In this document: piece by piece, positions 62,633 through 64,000 of the stretch
Layout of the letters: every line of letters starts with the position of its first letter
How positions within the stretch are numbered: position 1 is the stretch's first letter
Assembly: GCA_965225085.1 (NCBI GenBank)
Contig: CBDDBE010000006.1
Coordinates: 35,697 to 99,696, forward strand
DNA: 64,000 nucleotides
Reading direction: 5' to 3'
Source of the DNA: an uncultured Candidatus Saccharibacteria bacterium
GTDB lineage: Bacteria; Patescibacteriota; Saccharimonadia; Saccharimonadales; EFPC-124
The notes under the pieces: model-generated
Told to the model about the DNA's origin: nothing
The model's database searches: none
Seen by the model: only the letters and a program-made list of their open reading frames with translations
Program-made: the position numbers and the translations under genes

Positions 62633-63016
62633 CTACTGGGCGCGTTCGAACGTGATTGAAAGGGTTTTCATGCCAACTTCGAGCTCGCGCGCCGGAACTG
62701 CTGCGTATGCTGGGTGCACCGTCAGTGACTTAAGAAGCCTGACAGAGTATTCCGCTGACGTGTCGGGTGAAGGTGGTATAGAGGTGCTCCTAGAGAGGAC
62801 ACCAGATTCTATTATCACTTCAGTCCGGCGAACGACGAATTGCCCAACGTGCGACGCGGCCATTCGAACGATCAACCCGTCTTCGGCTGGAGTTGCTGCG
62901 CCGTGTATGATCACGCGATCGATCTGGAAGAAGTTATCCAGGATGAATGTGCCGATCTGGACACCTCCCCTCATGATTCGAGCTTCGTGGTCCTGGACCA
63001 CTATTGACACTGTCAT
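62633..63016 (-). CDS. hypothetical protein (orphan I)
   Basis: 127 aa. ATG preceded by AAAGGATAACCC. No family recognised. Confidence 0.48.
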   Translation of the reverse strand: MTVSIVVQDHEARIMRGGVQIGTFILDNFFQIDRVIIHGAATPAEDGLIVRMAASHVGQFVVRRTEVIIESGVLSRSTSIPPSPDTSAEYSVRLLKSLTVHPAYAAVPARELEVGMKTLSITFERAQ

Positions 63017-63094
63017 GGGTTATCCTTTGACTATGTGGTCGGCGCGTAGCCGAGCGGGAGTGTATTGTGTATAGTAGCATAAAATCTTATAAAT

Positions 63095-63532
63095 TCAAAT
63101 GTATTGCTGCCAGCGTAGCGAAGAGCCCTGTCGGATGAGGTGCTCCAACAGGGCTGCGTGTGGGTTGCTAGCAATATGGCCACACAGGGGTGGACCCTGC
63201 AAGTCCCGCTGCAAGCTCAAGCTAAGCGGGATCAAGCGTCTCATCGCCCATAAGGAACCATGGACCTTCACCGGCCACCGTGACGACGTACGTAGAGTGG
63301 GTGCCCAGGGTCGTCGGGTAGAGAATGACAATCTGTAGCCATGGTCCAGCTCGCAAAATGTGACCGTAGTCATCCTTGTGTTCCAACGAGCCCAGAACTT
63401 GCAGTTCGTGGTGGTTGCGCCGTCGGTATCGGGGCATTTCAAGATCAAAATCCGCAGAACTTTATCTGCGATGCCACCCTTGATCAACGCCGTCTGCCGG
63501 TCCACATCTTCCGGTTCTGTATACACGCTCAT
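63095..63532 (-). CDS. hypothetical protein (orphan J), reading frame uncertain
   Basis: ATG 63532 follows AAGGAG (MSVYTEPEDVDRQTALIKGG...). After ~33 codons this frame becomes Trp/Arg/Ser-rich. An overlapping frame (63437..63222) looks more protein-like. See findings. Confidence 0.3.
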   Translation of the reverse strand: MSVYTEPEDVDRQTALIKGGIADKVLRILILKCPDTDGATTTNCKFWARWNTRMTTVTFCELDHGYRLSFSTRRPWAPTLRTSSRWPVKVHGSLWAMRRLIPLSLSLQRDLQGPPLCGHIASNPHAALLEHLIRQGSSLRWQQYI

Positions 63533-63655
63533 CAGGATACTCCTTGCAGGCAGGCACCAGACCATCAATGAATGGTCGTAGCGGTATGGTAGCAGGTATT
63601 TTTATAACAGCAAAAATTTTTACGAAGTAACAAGTTGGTGGTTACCTCAGTGATA

Positions 63656-63679
63656 GCCCTGGGCGTTCATGCCCAGGGC
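63656..63679 (-). terminator. perfect 9-bp hairpin after orphan K
   Basis: GCCCTGGGC gttcat GCCCAGGGC, 17 nt below the orphan K stop. No T-run. Confidence 0.45.
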
Positions 63680-63695
63680 CGTGTGCCCTACATGG

Positions 63696-63896
63696 CTAGC
63701 CGACGACAGCCACGTCAATGACGAGACAGCCCGCGGCATCGTCTTCGCTGATCTCTTCTAGGCCGCCCGGCTGCGAAGGGTACGTCTCGATCCAGTAGTT
63801 GATGCGAAATAGGCGACCGTCAGGAAGCTTGATGATGTCCGCGGGGCCATCAGGAATAGAATAAGTCGTTCCTTCGAGCTCAAAGTGAGCTTCCAT
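63696..63896 (-). CDS. hypothetical small protein (orphan K)
   Basis: Start placed at ATG 63896, 6 nt after GAGGGAG (MEAHFELEGTTYSIPDG...), 66 aa. The track ORF extends to 63944. Confidence 0.42.
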   Translation of the reverse strand: MEAHFELEGTTYSIPDGPADIIKLPDGRLFRINYWIETYPSQPGGLEEISEDDAAGCLVIDVAVVG

Positions 63897-63980
63897 CGTT
63901 ACTCCCTCGATAGCGCATGATTGAATAATCGTCGGATCATTCAATCGTCATGATAACAATCTATAAAAATAAGTTCAACT

Positions 63981-64000
63981 TGGCGGGCCCGACCGGATTC
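63981..64000 (-). tRNA. 3' end of a tRNA running off the window edge (identity unknown)
   Basis: The reverse complement of the last 20 nt reads GAATCCGGTCGGGCCCGCCA. That parses as the end of a T-loop (..GAAT), T-stem CCGGT, acceptor strand CGGGCCC, discriminator G, and CCA. Confidence 0.5.

Overview
This is a dense 64-kb chromosomal window read in the standard genetic code (TGA, TAA and TAG all end recognisable genes). I count roughly 70 protein genes on both strands, one complete tRNA-Arg(CCU), and the 3' end of a second tRNA running off the right edge. I saw no rRNA, CRISPR array, transposase or IS element, or prophage module.

Most of the content is housekeeping:
- Replication, transcription and recombination: dnaG-rpoD, polA, holA, ftsK, and a XerC/D-type recombinase.
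- RNA turnover: pnp and RNase J.
- Translation: rpsT, rpsO, rpsF-ssb-rpsR, efp, ychF, truB and tlyA.
- Envelope: alr, uppP, and a three-part glycosyltransferase fusion.
- Nucleotide-pool sanitation and base-excision repair: two Nudix genes, dut, a HAD hydrolase and fpg clustered together, with a family-4 UDG and an AlkA-like glycosylase elsewhere in the window.

The main accessory block is a complete secretin-less type IV pilus locus at about 42.7-57.4 kb. It carries a TPR protein, a 728-aa secreted protein, pilMNO, pilB, pilT, pilC, the pilin, pilD and four minor pilins.

The items I think most deserve a second look:
1. A phage tail-fibre/depolymerase-like surface protein outside any prophage. 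Its canonical GDTMTG motif is split by a 1-nt frameshift.
2. An exact 10-mer, GCTTATGCTA, fused to the -10 element of that gene, of its downstream neighbour, and of two pilus operons. This may mark a shared surface or host-attachment regulon.
3. A DnaG whose CHC2 zinc finger has lost all four metal ligands.
4. An Arg32-type EF-P.
5. An unannotated 47-aa very basic protein gene with its own SD and terminator inside the pilus locus.
6. Widespread leaderless-type promoters.
7. About a dozen small family-less orphan genes, each insulated by strong hairpins.

The gene content (monoderm-style pilus, compact mixed housekeeping neighbourhoods, no rplI after rpsR) suggests a small-genome Patescibacteria/Saccharibacteria-like organism. 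That lineage call is inference only. All function calls rest on motifs I could read in the translations; no database search was run.
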